Shown here piece after piece: positions 20,051-29,691 of a stretch of 64,000 bases of DNA. The stretch comes from an uncultured virus (IMG/VR IMGVR_UViG_3300032931_000293) (taxonomy: Duplodnaviria > Heunggongvirae > Uroviricota > Caudoviricetes). Every line of letters starts with the position of its first letter. Position 1 is the first letter of the stretch. The position numbers and the translations under genes are program-made. The notes beneath the pieces were generated by a model, which did no database searches, had not been told where the DNA came from, and was given only the letters and a program-made list of their open reading frames with translations. The stretch lies in IMG/VR virus record IMGVR_UViG_3300032931_000293; one strand, given 5' to 3'.

Positions 20051-20317
20051 ATGGAACCACAAATCCCAGATGATTCTGCTGATATAACGCAAGAAGAACA
20101 AGCATTTCTAGAAAAAAATAGACTTCAATCCTTTAGAGTATATCATGCAAGAACATTAGCATCAGCCCTTCAATTAATAAAAAGTAACAAAAAAGAGGAT
20201 GCTATTAAATATCTTCATGATGAAATTTATAATATTACACAGATAAAAAATAAAGAGTTTTCAAATTTGATGGACGCATTAACTTTGAAATTGGTATTAA
20301 GGAATTCAAAAAAATGA
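20051..20317 (+). CDS. Hypothetical protein
   Basis: TTTTGGA-N2-TATGAT promoter, RBS. Confidence 0.6.
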   Translation: MEPQIPDDSADITQEEQAFLEKNRLQSFRVYHARTLASALQLIKSNKKEDAIKYLHDEIYNITQIKNKEFSNLMDALTLKLVLRNSKK

Positions 20318-20811
20318 TCAAAATGATAGTAGCCCACGATGAAAATAATGTAATTGGATATAAAAATGCAATTCCTTGGATAAATAAGGAAGATTTGAAG
20401 TTGTTTAAAACTCTTACTACTAATAATACGATAGTAATGGGGAGAAAAACTTGGGATTCTCTTCCTAAAAAGCCGTTGCCAAATAGAGTAAATATAGTTG
20501 TAACTAGGCAAAAATTACCATCTACGAATGAAGTTATATTTGTAAATACTCTTTCGGATGCTATTAGCCATCCAAATAATATAGGAGATGTATATATAAT
20601 TGGTGGAGAGCAATTATATAAATTTGCTTTAGATTATGACGTAATTGAAGAAATTGAAGTATCTTTAATATCAGGAATACATGAAGGCGATGCCTTTTTC
20701 CCTAAACTTGATATGTTGGAAAAATGGTATAAATCCATAGTTAGAAATCATAAGACATTCAAACAAATAACATATGTTAGAAATAGAGGGCAATTAGATG
20801 GAACATATTAA
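20314..20811 (+). CDS. folA: Dihydrofolate reductase
   Basis: VIG..N.IPW..KEDL..FK, VMGRKTWDSLP..PLPNR, IIGG, GDAFFP. Confidence 0.92.
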   Translation: MIKMIVAHDENNVIGYKNAIPWINKEDLKLFKTLTTNNTIVMGRKTWDSLPKKPLPNRVNIVVTRQKLPSTNEVIFVNTLSDAISHPNNIGDVYIIGGEQLYKFALDYDVIEEIEVSLISGIHEGDAFFPKLDMLEKWYKSIVRNHKTFKQITYVRNRGQLDGTY

Positions 20812-21595
20812 GAACATTATTCCCACATTTCATATTATTGCCGAAACAAAATTATGTGAAGAAGGAGTTAGAGCATTTTTTAACTTGTCTAAACCTAGAT
20901 TCTTTACCAATTTAGATGAGAAAAATAAAGTTAAAGTATCGGATAGTGAAAAGACGATTGAAGTAGTTGGTAATATATGTAATATATTACAAAGTGAAAG
21001 AACGGGAAATAATAAAGAGTACGTTGAGTTAATTAATAAGCATTTCCCGGAACTAGGTTCTCATACGTTTGTAACTATAGCATTCAATAATGTATCGCAA
21101 ACCTTCATTGATAAAATACATAGGATGCATGCTAAAGTAGAAATACATCAACGAGAACTTGGTAATGAGCAATTAAAGTTTTGGTTATTGCCAACTTATG
21201 AGGACGATAAGGATTTGGCCTATAGATTTGCCGAATTATTTGAATCGTATGGAACATTAAAGACTAAATTGGAATCGGATTTGGCTAATAAGAATAGAAA
21301 TACTTCAAAGGACTTGGAATCCATTAAAAGATTGCTACCAAATACATATGCTCTTGATTGCGTAGTGACTACAAATCTACATGTGTGGAAAGATATAATA
21401 GTAAAATACACCGATTTAAACTATGATGACGAGATAAGATATATTTTATTATTTCTCACTAAAGTATTTAAAACGAAATATCAAAATGTATTTGAGGATC
21501 TCGTATTAGTTGAAAAATCGGGAAATATTATTGGCATTGACTCCTTAAAAGTTGACGGTAAAATATGGAGAGACAGTAAAATTATTAGGAAATAA
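20798..21595 (+). CDS. ThyX (flavin-dependent thymidylate synthase)-like protein, catalytic motif degenerate
   Basis: H..VT...NVS, RLLPN....VVT.NL..W, EIR motifs present; RHRx7S replaced by HRMH...HQRE. Confidence 0.6.
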   Translation: MEHIKNIIPTFHIIAETKLCEEGVRAFFNLSKPRFFTNLDEKNKVKVSDSEKTIEVVGNICNILQSERTGNNKEYVELINKHFPELGSHTFVTIAFNNVSQTFIDKIHRMHAKVEIHQRELGNEQLKFWLLPTYEDDKDLAYRFAELFESYGTLKTKLESDLANKNRNTSKDLESIKRLLPNTYALDCVVTTNLHVWKDIIVKYTDLNYDDEIRYILLFLTKVFKTKYQNVFEDLVLVEKSGNIIGIDSLKVDGKIWRDSKIIRK

Positions 21596-21596
21596 A

Positions 21597-22373
21597 ATGA
21601 AATTTTTAAAATATGATTTAACAAATGTTGCCGTTATAGGAGACATTCATTCATCTCTTGACAATCTTCAAAATATATTAAAATTAATTGAAGTAGATAA
21701 AAGAAAAAAATTAATTACTTTAGGCGATATTTGGGATAGAGGAAACGAACCAAATGAAGTAATTGATATTTTATACGATTTATACACTTGTGGAAAGTTA
21801 ATTCCAATAATAGGAAATCATGACGTTAAACATATTAGACATTTTACGGAAAATAAAAACTACAATTTGGGTACTCAACAGGAAGCAACTTTAAATAAAT
21901 TAACTAAAGAGTCAATTGATAAATTTGTTGAAATTTATCGAGAAGATATTGTTTGTATTTACGATCCGATTATGAAGATATTCCTTTCTCATGGTCCCGG
22001 CGGAAGACCTCAAAATATATTGTATAAAAACTATGAAAATGAGAGAATTATTATAGGCGGTCAACCGAATGTGACATTTGAAGAATTCATCCTTAAAGAT
22101 AACCACAATGTTGCTAAAAAACATATTTCTACATTATTGTACGGAATAACCAATGGCGATAAAACTATGGATGGATTTCCGGTAAGACTACCTATTATTA
22201 AAGATATAAATGATAATTTAGAAGGGTGGGTATATTGCTATGGACATATTCATAGTAGTAACTTTTATCCCGAAAAGAATAAATCATGTATTTGTTTAGA
22301 TTTTTGTTCTCCAACTGGAAAAATTGGAGCTGCTATTATTAACTCAAAAGATGATATTAATCTATTAGTTTAA
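21597..22373 (+). CDS. Calcineurin-like metallophosphoesterase
   Basis: GDIH, GDIWDRG, GNHD, SHG, GHIH. Confidence 0.85.
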   Translation: MKFLKYDLTNVAVIGDIHSSLDNLQNILKLIEVDKRKKLITLGDIWDRGNEPNEVIDILYDLYTCGKLIPIIGNHDVKHIRHFTENKNYNLGTQQEATLNKLTKESIDKFVEIYREDIVCIYDPIMKIFLSHGPGGRPQNILYKNYENERIIIGGQPNVTFEEFILKDNHNVAKKHISTLLYGITNGDKTMDGFPVRLPIIKDINDNLEGWVYCYGHIHSSNFYPEKNKSCICLDFCSPTGKIGAAIINSKDDINLLV

Positions 22374-22656
22374 TAGTTCTTTTAATTTTCTTTATCGCTA
22401 TCATATTAGGGTGGGTTATAGTTCTAACCCACCCTAAATATTTTTTATAACATTCATTTTCTTCTAATTTATCATAAGTATCATACATATGAACTTCTTC
22501 CAATGGTATACAATTATGCAAAAATGAATGACAAGTTAAGCACAATCTCATAGTATCATTTAATGTTCCACCCTCACTTTTAGGTATATAATGATGAAGA
22601 GTCATATCATCATCTCTAACTATTCTATTACATAAAGGACATTTTTCTTTTTGCAA
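22357..22656 (-). CDS. Small HNH endonuclease
   Basis: CPLC, HHYIPKSEGG, LCLTCH. Confidence 0.8.
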   Translation of the reverse strand: MQKEKCPLCNRIVRDDDMTLHHYIPKSEGGTLNDTMRLCLTCHSFLHNCIPLEEVHMYDTYDKLEENECYKKYLGWVRTITHPNMIAIKKIKRTIKLID

Positions 22657-22671
22657 GATTAATCCTTACTA

Positions 22672-23661
22672 TTATTCGGTGGAATATAACCCAGAAGTAG
22701 AAACATCCACTTCGTTATTTTCATTAATCCTCTCAAATTTTATTATAAATCTAGTACAATCGTTTGGGACACTTTGAGCAACAATAATGGCATTCATCGA
22801 TATACAATAATTTAAACATGAATACAAGCCAAATCCATGTATTTCTCCAGTTTCTTGATTATTATTTTTTGTAGTTACTCCAAAATTTTTAAATATTTTG
22901 GATATAATATCATTTGAAATTCCCTTACCGTTATCCTCATATATTAAATATTTATTTTGTGCATCTCCATATATTCTAATTTTTAATTTTTCCAACATAT
23001 GATCGTTATGGTCTATTGAATTTTTAGCCAAATTCAATATGACTTGTGAAAGATACATTGGAGAGTGTTCGGCAACGAAATTTAAACTTTCTAAATTTAC
23101 TTCAATATTATCGTTTGATATTTTATCTTTTATATTTCGTTCTAGTAATACTATTTGTATCCAAGAACTAACCGTATCTTTTACGTTTGATTTAAATACG
23201 GAGAAATTTTTAATTTTATTTATATTTTTACTTAAATTATTTAATAATTCACTCGTTTGTATCGTAGCCATCTCTACTTTTCTAAGAATTTCAACATGGC
23301 GAGCATCTTTCTCATCGTCTAACATTCTAGTTATAGATATGTAAATTCCAGATATCCAAGGACTTAATTCGTGATTTAATCCGGCTATTATTCCAGAGAG
23401 GTGATGATTATATGACGTTGTTCTCTCTAATTCATTTTGAATTTGATTTTTTTCGTTTTGAATTTTGTCAATAGTAGTCAATTTTGAGAGTTCCGATTCA
23501 ACCGTTTTCATTTTTGATTTACTTTTTTCAAGTAATAAAAAAAGAATATAAATTAATACCATTCCAATGATAGTTGATATTAAATACGATATATATGTTC
23601 CAATAATAGCAAGTGTTATTAAGGCTAAAAAAGCCAAAAAAACCTGTTTATATTTTTTCAT
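22672..23661 (-). CDS. Membrane sensor histidine kinase
   Basis: Two TM helices, coiled coil, H-box NHELSP, N-box LNLAKNS, G1 EDNGKGI, G2 HGFGLY. Confidence 0.85.
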   Translation of the reverse strand: MKKYKQVFLAFLALITLAIIGTYISYLISTIIGMVLIYILFLLLEKSKSKMKTVESELSKLTTIDKIQNEKNQIQNELERTTSYNHHLSGIIAGLNHELSPWISGIYISITRMLDDEKDARHVEILRKVEMATIQTSELLNNLSKNINKIKNFSVFKSNVKDTVSSWIQIVLLERNIKDKISNDNIEVNLESLNFVAEHSPMYLSQVILNLAKNSIDHNDHMLEKLKIRIYGDAQNKYLIYEDNGKGISNDIISKIFKNFGVTTKNNNQETGEIHGFGLYSCLNYCISMNAIIVAQSVPNDCTRFIIKFERINENNEVDVSTSGLYSTE

Positions 23662-24001
23662 TTTTCTTTATGAATTCCCTAATGGTTGAAATCACTTTTA
23701 AATCTTTATTTATATATTCGTACTTTTCCAATGCTTTTATAGTTAAATCGTCTTTACATCCGGTAATAAACAATATTTTTCCTAAATCGCTTGTAAATTT
23801 TTCAGCAAAGTGTATGCCGGTTTTTCCATTTTGCAAGATAACATCTAGTATACTTATATCATACTTATTATTTTTCATTATATCAACTGCACTTGCGAAG
23901 CTTGTAACATAGTCAATTGTATGCTCCGGATAGTCTTCAACTAAAATATCTCGGACTGAATCTCCGAAAAAAGAATGGTCTTCAAGGTAAAGAATTTTCA
24001 T
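23648..24001 (-). CDS. Single-domain response regulator (receiver)
   Basis: ILYLED, ILDV (phospho-Asp), FITG, INK; no output domain. Confidence 0.85.
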   Translation of the reverse strand: MKILYLEDHSFFGDSVRDILVEDYPEHTIDYVTSFASAVDIMKNNKYDISILDVILQNGKTGIHFAEKFTSDLGKILFITGCKDDLTIKALEKYEYINKDLKVISTIREFIKKNEKI

Positions 24002-24004
24002 TTA

Positions 24005-24388
24005 TCATCCCCCTAATGCTAAACTAATTAAAAACTTTGCTAACTCTACTATTATAGCACCAACGCTTGCTATTGTAGCACTTCTCATATTCAAAATAGA
24101 AGAACGCTTTTTTATTTTTTCGCTCTCCTTTTTTAATTTTTCATTTTCTTTTTTTAACTTTTCAATGTGTTCTTCGTAAATATATTTTAATTTTTCTTCT
24201 TTTTCTTTTCTATACTTACCCATAATATGTTCTAAATATTGATCTACCGTATCAAGAAGTTGTCTATATTTTAACGATTCCATTTCTTCATTGGAAAAAC
24301 TATTAGTTAGAATGTTCTCTAAAGCAAATTTCAATTCGGTTGCCTTCACACTTGCATCTATCCATTTTTGTAAGTCTTCATGTGGCAT
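24005..24388 (-). CDS. Coiled-coil protein with C-terminal membrane helix
   Basis: First gene behind late promoter 24421; hydrophobic tail. Confidence 0.6.
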   Translation of the reverse strand: MPHEDLQKWIDASVKATELKFALENILTNSFSNEEMESLKYRQLLDTVDQYLEHIMGKYRKEKEEKLKYIYEEHIEKLKKENEKLKKESEKIKKRSSILNMRSATIASVGAIIVELAKFLISLALGG

Positions 24389-24427
24389 AGAGTTAGTAGT
24401 TCCTTGATTAGTACAATGTATATTTAT

Positions 24428-24459
24428 AAAAAAAGGGAAGCAATTACGCTTCCCTTTTT
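24428..24459. terminator. Bidirectional intrinsic terminator
   Basis: AAAAAGGGAAGC/GCTTCCCTTTTT. Confidence 0.75.
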
Positions 24460-24477
24460 ATTACTTTGCTCTATTTA

Positions 24478-25134
24478 TTACTTGCCAATCCCTTTATTTC
24501 CTTCGTTCTTGAATTTGGCACCCTTTGGGATAATTTCCCCAATATTTTCTTTGATTTCGGTTTCGGGGGCAACTTCACCCTCTCCACCCAAAATACCTTC
24601 AAGATTCTCTTCTCCACCTTCTCCACCCTCGGCACCTTCTTCGGCGGATTCGGCAGCAGCAACTATTTCTCCAAAGTCTTCATCGGTTAACTCGCCTTTA
24701 GTTTGGGCTAATTCTTTAATTTTGTCTACGAGTGCTTGAATTTCAATTGCTTCGACTCCTGCATCTTCTAATTCTTCGCCTTCTTCTCCACCTTCAATTG
24801 CTTCTGGTGCAACTTCCGATGTTTCTTCGGCTTCAACTACTGGGGCGGAAATTTCATCGGTAGGAGCAACCTCTTCTCCCGCTTCACCTCCAACTTCCTC
24901 TTCTTCTGCCTCTTCCTCTCCATGTGCCCAATCAAGTAATGATTTAAGCAATGAAACGCTTAAAGTTACCTTCTCTTCTTCTACAACCGGATCGCTTGCT
25001 GCGGCATCGGTTATTGGGGGGGCATTAGTGCTTGGTTCCATTGTGGCGGGTGTAGCCATAGCATCGGCATTTTCTTTAAAGATGCCTTTGATTTTTGCTC
25101 TAAAGTCTTCAACAAGTTTGTTGCTAGTAGTCAT
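24478..25134 (-). CDS. Very acidic protein, possible prohead core/scaffold component
   Basis: E/G/A-rich low complexity; late operon. Confidence 0.5.
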   Translation of the reverse strand: MTTSNKLVEDFRAKIKGIFKENADAMATPATMEPSTNAPPITDAAASDPVVEEEKVTLSVSLLKSLLDWAHGEEEAEEEEVGGEAGEEVAPTDEISAPVVEAEETSEVAPEAIEGGEEGEELEDAGVEAIEIQALVDKIKELAQTKGELTDEDFGEIVAAAESAEEGAEGGEGGEENLEGILGGEGEVAPETEIKENIGEIIPKGAKFKNEGNKGIGK

Positions 25135-25155
25135 GATCGTCTCCTTGGATGTATA

Positions 25156-25713
25156 TTATAACTTATTTGTTACCAAATCTGGCAACTTTTGTTCGGGTGA
25201 TTTTGGAATATTTGGTGCTTGCCCCTCTGGACTTAAATCGGGCGAAGTTGTTGGAGTTGTTGGGGTAGCATTTGATCCTAATAGAACTTCGCAAGCTTCT
25301 TGCTTTAGTCCATTAACAAATTGATCAAATTCACTTGTAGCAACTCCGGTAGATGCATCAACTTCTTTTTTTTCAATAGATAATTTAGCAATTATCTCCG
25401 AAATGGCGTTAGGTCCCATCTTTTTAACACTACCTTTCAGTGTATCCAAGCCAATTTCGTTTTGCCTTTCAACTATCATTCCATCACCGCCACAAGATAT
25501 TGGTGGTTGTGGTGGTTTTATTTGGGGAGATAATGAAGTCCCGTTGGCAACCCCATCTATTGCTTCCCCTTTAATGCCATTTAATCTATTTCTAATATTA
25601 TTTCTAAAATCATCAAGTGAAGTTAATTCAATAACATCTTTTTGTTGTTCTTGTGGTTGAATTATTGGTTCTTCCACTCCGAAAATCTCATTAAGTTTAT
25701 CTTTAAATGCCAT
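25156..25713 (-). CDS. Late protein, possibly an internal head protein
   Basis: Late operon; KLNE N-terminus. Confidence 0.5.
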   Translation of the reverse strand: MAFKDKLNEIFGVEEPIIQPQEQQKDVIELTSLDDFRNNIRNRLNGIKGEAIDGVANGTSLSPQIKPPQPPISCGGDGMIVERQNEIGLDTLKGSVKKMGPNAISEIIAKLSIEKKEVDASTGVATSEFDQFVNGLKQEACEVLLGSNATPTTPTTSPDLSPEGQAPNIPKSPEQKLPDLVTNKL

Positions 25714-25716
25714 AAA

Positions 25717-26040
25717 TTATATAGCCTTCTCTGCTTTTTCCACTTTTCCAATTATAACTTTCGCTATTTTATCTTTATTATCTTCTAAGTAAACCCAAAG
25801 ACTCTTCACCATACGAGGAGAATGCTTTGACTCTAATTCATTTACAAATTGAAGAACTTCATTTAAAAGTGATTCTGCATCGGGGTGTAGTCCAGAAGCT
25901 TCTATAGAGGCTTCTTTTGGTGCATCTATGACGGTTTCGTCTTGATCAATAACATCATCTTCTTCAACTACTTTCGTGTCGCCTAGTCCGAGTTTTTTTC
26001 TTAAGTTTTCTCTATACAATTTATCAGAATCGGTTAACAT
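25717..26040 (-). CDS. Late protein
   Basis: TATAAATA at 26066, AGGAG RBS. Confidence 0.6.
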   Translation of the reverse strand: MLTDSDKLYRENLRKKLGLGDTKVVEEDDVIDQDETVIDAPKEASIEASGLHPDAESLLNEVLQFVNELESKHSPRMVKSLWVYLEDNKDKIAKVIIGKVEKAEKAI

Positions 26041-26074
26041 AATAAAACTCCTTATATATATCTCTTATTTATAT

Positions 26075-26455
26075 TCAGGCCGATTGTTTTAATTTGGATT
26101 TATATGGTATTTGTTCTTCTACTACATTAGCACCAACAATTCTTGCCATTTCAAGTAATAGGGAATCTCTTTTCTTTCTACTATTCTCCATTATGACATC
26201 GCCAACCATATATTTCATCTTTTCTAAAATACCCAAGTAATATTCCAATATACCATTCTCTTTTTCCGATAATGCTATAAATTTATCAGCATTATCCCTA
26301 TCTTCCATAATACTATCTTGTAATTCGTCTGTTATAGTATTAATTAATGATATTTTTTCTCCCATAGTCAACTGTATACCGGACTTCTTTTCCCAATTTT
26401 TGGCCGCACTCAAGGCTCTTTCTGAAGGAAGTTTGGTGTTTTGAATTAGTTCCAT
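26075..26455 (-). CDS. Hypothetical protein
   Basis: RBS; late operon. Confidence 0.55.
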   Translation of the reverse strand: MELIQNTKLPSERALSAAKNWEKKSGIQLTMGEKISLINTITDELQDSIMEDRDNADKFIALSEKENGILEYYLGILEKMKYMVGDVIMENSRKKRDSLLLEMARIVGANVVEEQIPYKSKLKQSA

Positions 26456-26471
26456 ATACTTATTCCTTTGT

Positions 26472-26807
26472 CTATATCTCGTTTAAATGAGCGTCTCCTT
26501 CATTTATAGCACATTCCTTAGTCCAAACCATAGTAAATTCTTCTATGATTAGTTTCTCTAATTCTATTATATCATTATCAGTTAAACTTGGATGCTTATT
26601 TTTTATACATTCTTTAATTTTTATAAAAACTTTTGAAGTTAATAAATTAAAACACTCTTTATACTCATCTCTATATTGTTTAGCATATTTGAGGACCCAA
26701 TCTTCAATTGCTTTATTGCCCGGATCGTATCCGAGTTTTTGTCCCATAATCCATTTGTGTTTTTTCGCTTCTTCTACTTGATTACGGCAAATGGCTTTCA
26801 TATCCAT
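26472..26807 (-). CDS. DUF4032-like protein
   Basis: EEAKKHKWIMGQKLGYDPG..AIEDW motif. Confidence 0.6.
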   Translation of the reverse strand: MDMKAICRNQVEEAKKHKWIMGQKLGYDPGNKAIEDWVLKYAKQYRDEYKECFNLLTSKVFIKIKECIKNKHPSLTDNDIIELEKLIIEEFTMVWTKECAINEGDAHLNEI

Positions 26808-26872
26808 AATAAAGCTCCTATATAAGTATTTATATTTTGGAAGTATAATGTTTATTATAAGGAGTTTCTATT

Positions 26873-27232
26873 ATGAATCAAGGACTAACTAAAGATATAG
26901 TAATTGGATATTTACAAAGAAAATCTACCGATATAATGATACAAGAAAAATGCCAAGATATAGTTAAACAAATTTCCGTTGAAATTCAAGAATTATTTAA
27001 ATCTGGGAAGTATAGTCTTTTATTAAATATAGTCAATTCTAATAAAATATCTATATCTATTACATTAAATGAGGTGACATTGGAAGAATATATTTGCTCA
27101 TGTGACATATTATATTCGGAAGCATCCCTATTAATTGAAATTAGAAATATTAAAGATGTACTTTATGATGCAAGAAAAAATATATCATTTAAATCAAAAA
27201 AGCCTCTTTGGAAGAAACTATTAGGGATATAA
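26873..27232 (+). CDS. Hypothetical protein
   Basis: TTTTGGA-N2-TATAAT promoter, AGGAG RBS, terminator. Confidence 0.6.
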   Translation: MNQGLTKDIVIGYLQRKSTDIMIQEKCQDIVKQISVEIQELFKSGKYSLLLNIVNSNKISISITLNEVTLEEYICSCDILYSEASLLIEIRNIKDVLYDARKNISFKSKKPLWKKLLGI

Positions 27233-27236
27233 CAAA

Positions 27237-27262
27237 AAACCCTAGAAGAAGTTCTAGGGTTT
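27237..27262. terminator. Bidirectional terminator between convergent genes
   Basis: AAACCCTAGAA/TTCTAGGGTTT. Confidence 0.7.
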
Positions 27263-27267
27263 CTCTT

Positions 27268-27747
27268 TTAAGGATTTAATTTCCTATAAACATCGGCCCA
27301 AACTTCTCCCATCAATAATAAATGCTTATTAATATATGCTTTAAATCTAGTTTCTTTATTCAAAGACTCTCTTGCTTTTGCGGCTCTATCTTCGTCAAAG
27401 TTCTCTGGAGCACCAAATATCTCAATTAACATAGAATGAAATTGTATAGTCATGTCCATATTATGTTGCATTAACTTCACCATTCCGTTAGCATCGTGCA
27501 TAGCCGTGGTATACTCTTTGGCGATGCTTTTCTTAATTAATGGGCTTGTTTTAGGTCCAACATCTTGAACTGGTATTGACTCTGTTTTAGAGAATCTTTC
27601 ATTGAATTCTGTGGTTGAAGGCTTATTGCAACAATTAGAAACACCTTCAATGTCTTTAATAATTTCCTTTCCATTTGAATCAATGAAAACTTGTTTTAAT
27701 TCTCCATCAATATATCTTAAATTAACTAGAGTTGCTTTATCGTCCAT
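27268..27747 (-). CDS. Hypothetical protein
   Basis: RBS. Confidence 0.55.
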   Translation of the reverse strand: MDDKATLVNLRYIDGELKQVFIDSNGKEIIKDIEGVSNCCNKPSTTEFNERFSKTESIPVQDVGPKTSPLIKKSIAKEYTTAMHDANGMVKLMQHNMDMTIQFHSMLIEIFGAPENFDEDRAAKARESLNKETRFKAYINKHLLLMGEVWADVYRKLNP

Positions 27748-27757
27748 ATATAATTCC

Positions 27758-28909
27758 TTATAAATTGTACTTTAATAGATAATCGTTACTAATAGCCTTG
27801 AAACTCATTTGACCATCGAACCTCTTAACAACAACACCTTCAATTAGATGCTCAATTCCTGGATACTTTGTAGTTATTGCGAAATCAAGTAGAATCTTTA
27901 TTGTATCTAACTTTAATTCCTTCAAAGTACCTTCGGCAACCGTGTGAACGTGCTTTCCTTTGTATCCAAATTCCTTTAGTTTTTCAACTAATAATTTTCT
28001 TTCCTCTACGCTAACGTATTGTTGCTTATCAATATCCCAAATATCAAAAATGTAAATATCTAATTCGGTCCTTTGACTTCTATTGCCATTCATACTTGGC
28101 CCTACATATTCCCCTTGAACGGCAATATTTCTTTTTAGTTTCTTGATAGCATCAATTAATCCTTTTTCTCTTGCAATATTATAGAATTTACTATCGTTAC
28201 TTGACTTATTCTTACTCAAGAAACTCCAAAATCCAAGTTTTTGTTTCCAAACACAAAGATTACGACTACATACACCAACTTCGGTGCCTTTTAAGTAACA
28301 AGTAAGCGAACTTCCATCTTCCTTGATAGTAATTTCGTATTTTTGAGTAAGATTTGATTCGTCTTCAAAGAATCTAGAAAAATTTTGGATTCTTTCTTGA
28401 TCGGTCTTCTTAAGATAAGCGGGGAATCCACCAGAAGTCTTTTGATATAGATACTTATATACTCTTTTTCTCAACGGCAACGGAAGAATCTTCAAGGCAT
28501 AATCTCTCCATCCAACTTGATGAATAGGCTCAACCGTCATTTCGGCAGGATCTTCCCATTTCATGACTTTAAGTGCTTCGGCAATATCTTTACTCTTAAT
28601 CTCATTAGTAAATTCTGAAATTGGAAGAGCCAATCCTTGACTCAAAGTTTTCTTTAGTTTTATACTACGGATTCTTGCCCCACTAACACCATTATATTCC
28701 TTGGCATTCTTTTCAAGGAACTTGAATCTAGGGTCGGACATAGGAACAATAGAATCAATTTCAAAGTAAACACATTTATCTCCAACTTTGAATTCTTCTT
28801 TTTTTGTAACTACGGGCCACCCACCGTCAATAATGGCTTCAACAATTCTATCCGCATCTTTAATGGGATTAATAGCAGTAATAGTTTTGATTGATACTAA
28901 ATTTCTCAT
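27758..28909 (-). CDS. RNA ligase, DRB0094/Rnl2-like, with N-terminal OB (tRNA-binding-like) domain
   Basis: PIKDADRI, FP..LKKTDQERIQN, KEDGSS (motif I), QGE, FDI, EGVVVK, FKAIS. Confidence 0.85.
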   Translation of the reverse strand: MRNLVSIKTITAINPIKDADRIVEAIIDGGWPVVTKKEEFKVGDKCVYFEIDSIVPMSDPRFKFLEKNAKEYNGVSGARIRSIKLKKTLSQGLALPISEFTNEIKSKDIAEALKVMKWEDPAEMTVEPIHQVGWRDYALKILPLPLRKRVYKYLYQKTSGGFPAYLKKTDQERIQNFSRFFEDESNLTQKYEITIKEDGSSLTCYLKGTEVGVCSRNLCVWKQKLGFWSFLSKNKSSNDSKFYNIAREKGLIDAIKKLKRNIAVQGEYVGPSMNGNRSQRTELDIYIFDIWDIDKQQYVSVEERKLLVEKLKEFGYKGKHVHTVAEGTLKELKLDTIKILLDFAITTKYPGIEHLIEGVVVKRFDGQMSFKAISNDYLLKYNL

Positions 28910-29178
28910 TTTACTTCCTTAAAAATTATTGGCAATTTACTTTCGCCTTTTTCATTCCAAGTACGAATCTGTGATTCTCTTAACTCTTTCTTTTCGCAAT
29001 GAATAGTCTCAATAACTACTTCGGCTCCCGTATTAGCCTCGATAGCCATACATCCGGCATCATTTTCCGATAAATTAAAAATTAACTTAAGTGCTTTAGT
29101 GATATCACTATACGCACAATCGTCATCGTTGCGGAGTATTACCTCAAATTGCTTCAATTTGTCTACTTTAAAACTCAT
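28906..29178 (-). CDS. clpS: ClpS-like N-degron adaptor
   Basis: VILRNDD...L..IF.LS...A...A pattern; the conserved His appears replaced. Confidence 0.6.
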   Translation of the reverse strand: MSFKVDKLKQFEVILRNDDDCAYSDITKALKLIFNLSENDAGCMAIEANTGAEVVIETIHCEKKELRESQIRTWNEKGESKLPIIFKEVK

Positions 29179-29223
29179 TTTGGCTTCCTTTCTACTCCTA
29201 TTGTATAATAGGGAAAATAAAAG

Positions 29224-29688
29224 TCAAGTTTCTTTTTGCTCCCAAGGATATACTAACCAAGAATTTGGTTTCTCTTTAACATAAAATGTTGGGGTTATTT
29301 TGTATTGATTATTTTTGTTTAAGTGAAGTACGGCAATATCAAATGGTCCGTAATGAGGATCTAAATTTTTATTTATCCAATTAATAGTATGTCCCGCATC
29401 TATTAGATCGTCAACAAAAAGTAAATCGCTACCATCAACTTTTTCTAATGCGGTAGTGTCAATTAACCGAGGATATGGAAATACTATTCCTATTTTTCCA
29501 TAAAAACTCACTCTAATAGATATATGCTTAGTTTTCAATAATTTTGCCAATGGTTTTGAAATATTCAATCCACCTCTAGCAATTCCTACAATATAGTCGT
29601 ATTCTTTGCCAGATTTTTTAATTTTTTCGGCTAATTGAACGATTAACTTATCGATTTCTTTTTTGGTTATATATATTTTATTTTCCAT
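29224..29688 (-). CDS. Phosphoribosyltransferase (purine PRTase-like)
   Basis: GIARGG, LFVDDLIDAGHT PRPP loop, WLVYPWE. Confidence 0.85.
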   Translation of the reverse strand: MENKIYITKKEIDKLIVQLAEKIKKSGKEYDYIVGIARGGLNISKPLAKLLKTKHISIRVSFYGKIGIVFPYPRLIDTTALEKVDGSDLLFVDDLIDAGHTINWINKNLDPHYGPFDIAVLHLNKNNQYKITPTFYVKEKPNSWLVYPWEQKET

Positions 29689-29691
29689 GTA

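Noticed and set aside
26472..26807. Host assignment from the DUF4032-like gene
   Set aside because: Suggestive of PVC or spirochaete-like hosts from memory, but one short motif cannot support a call
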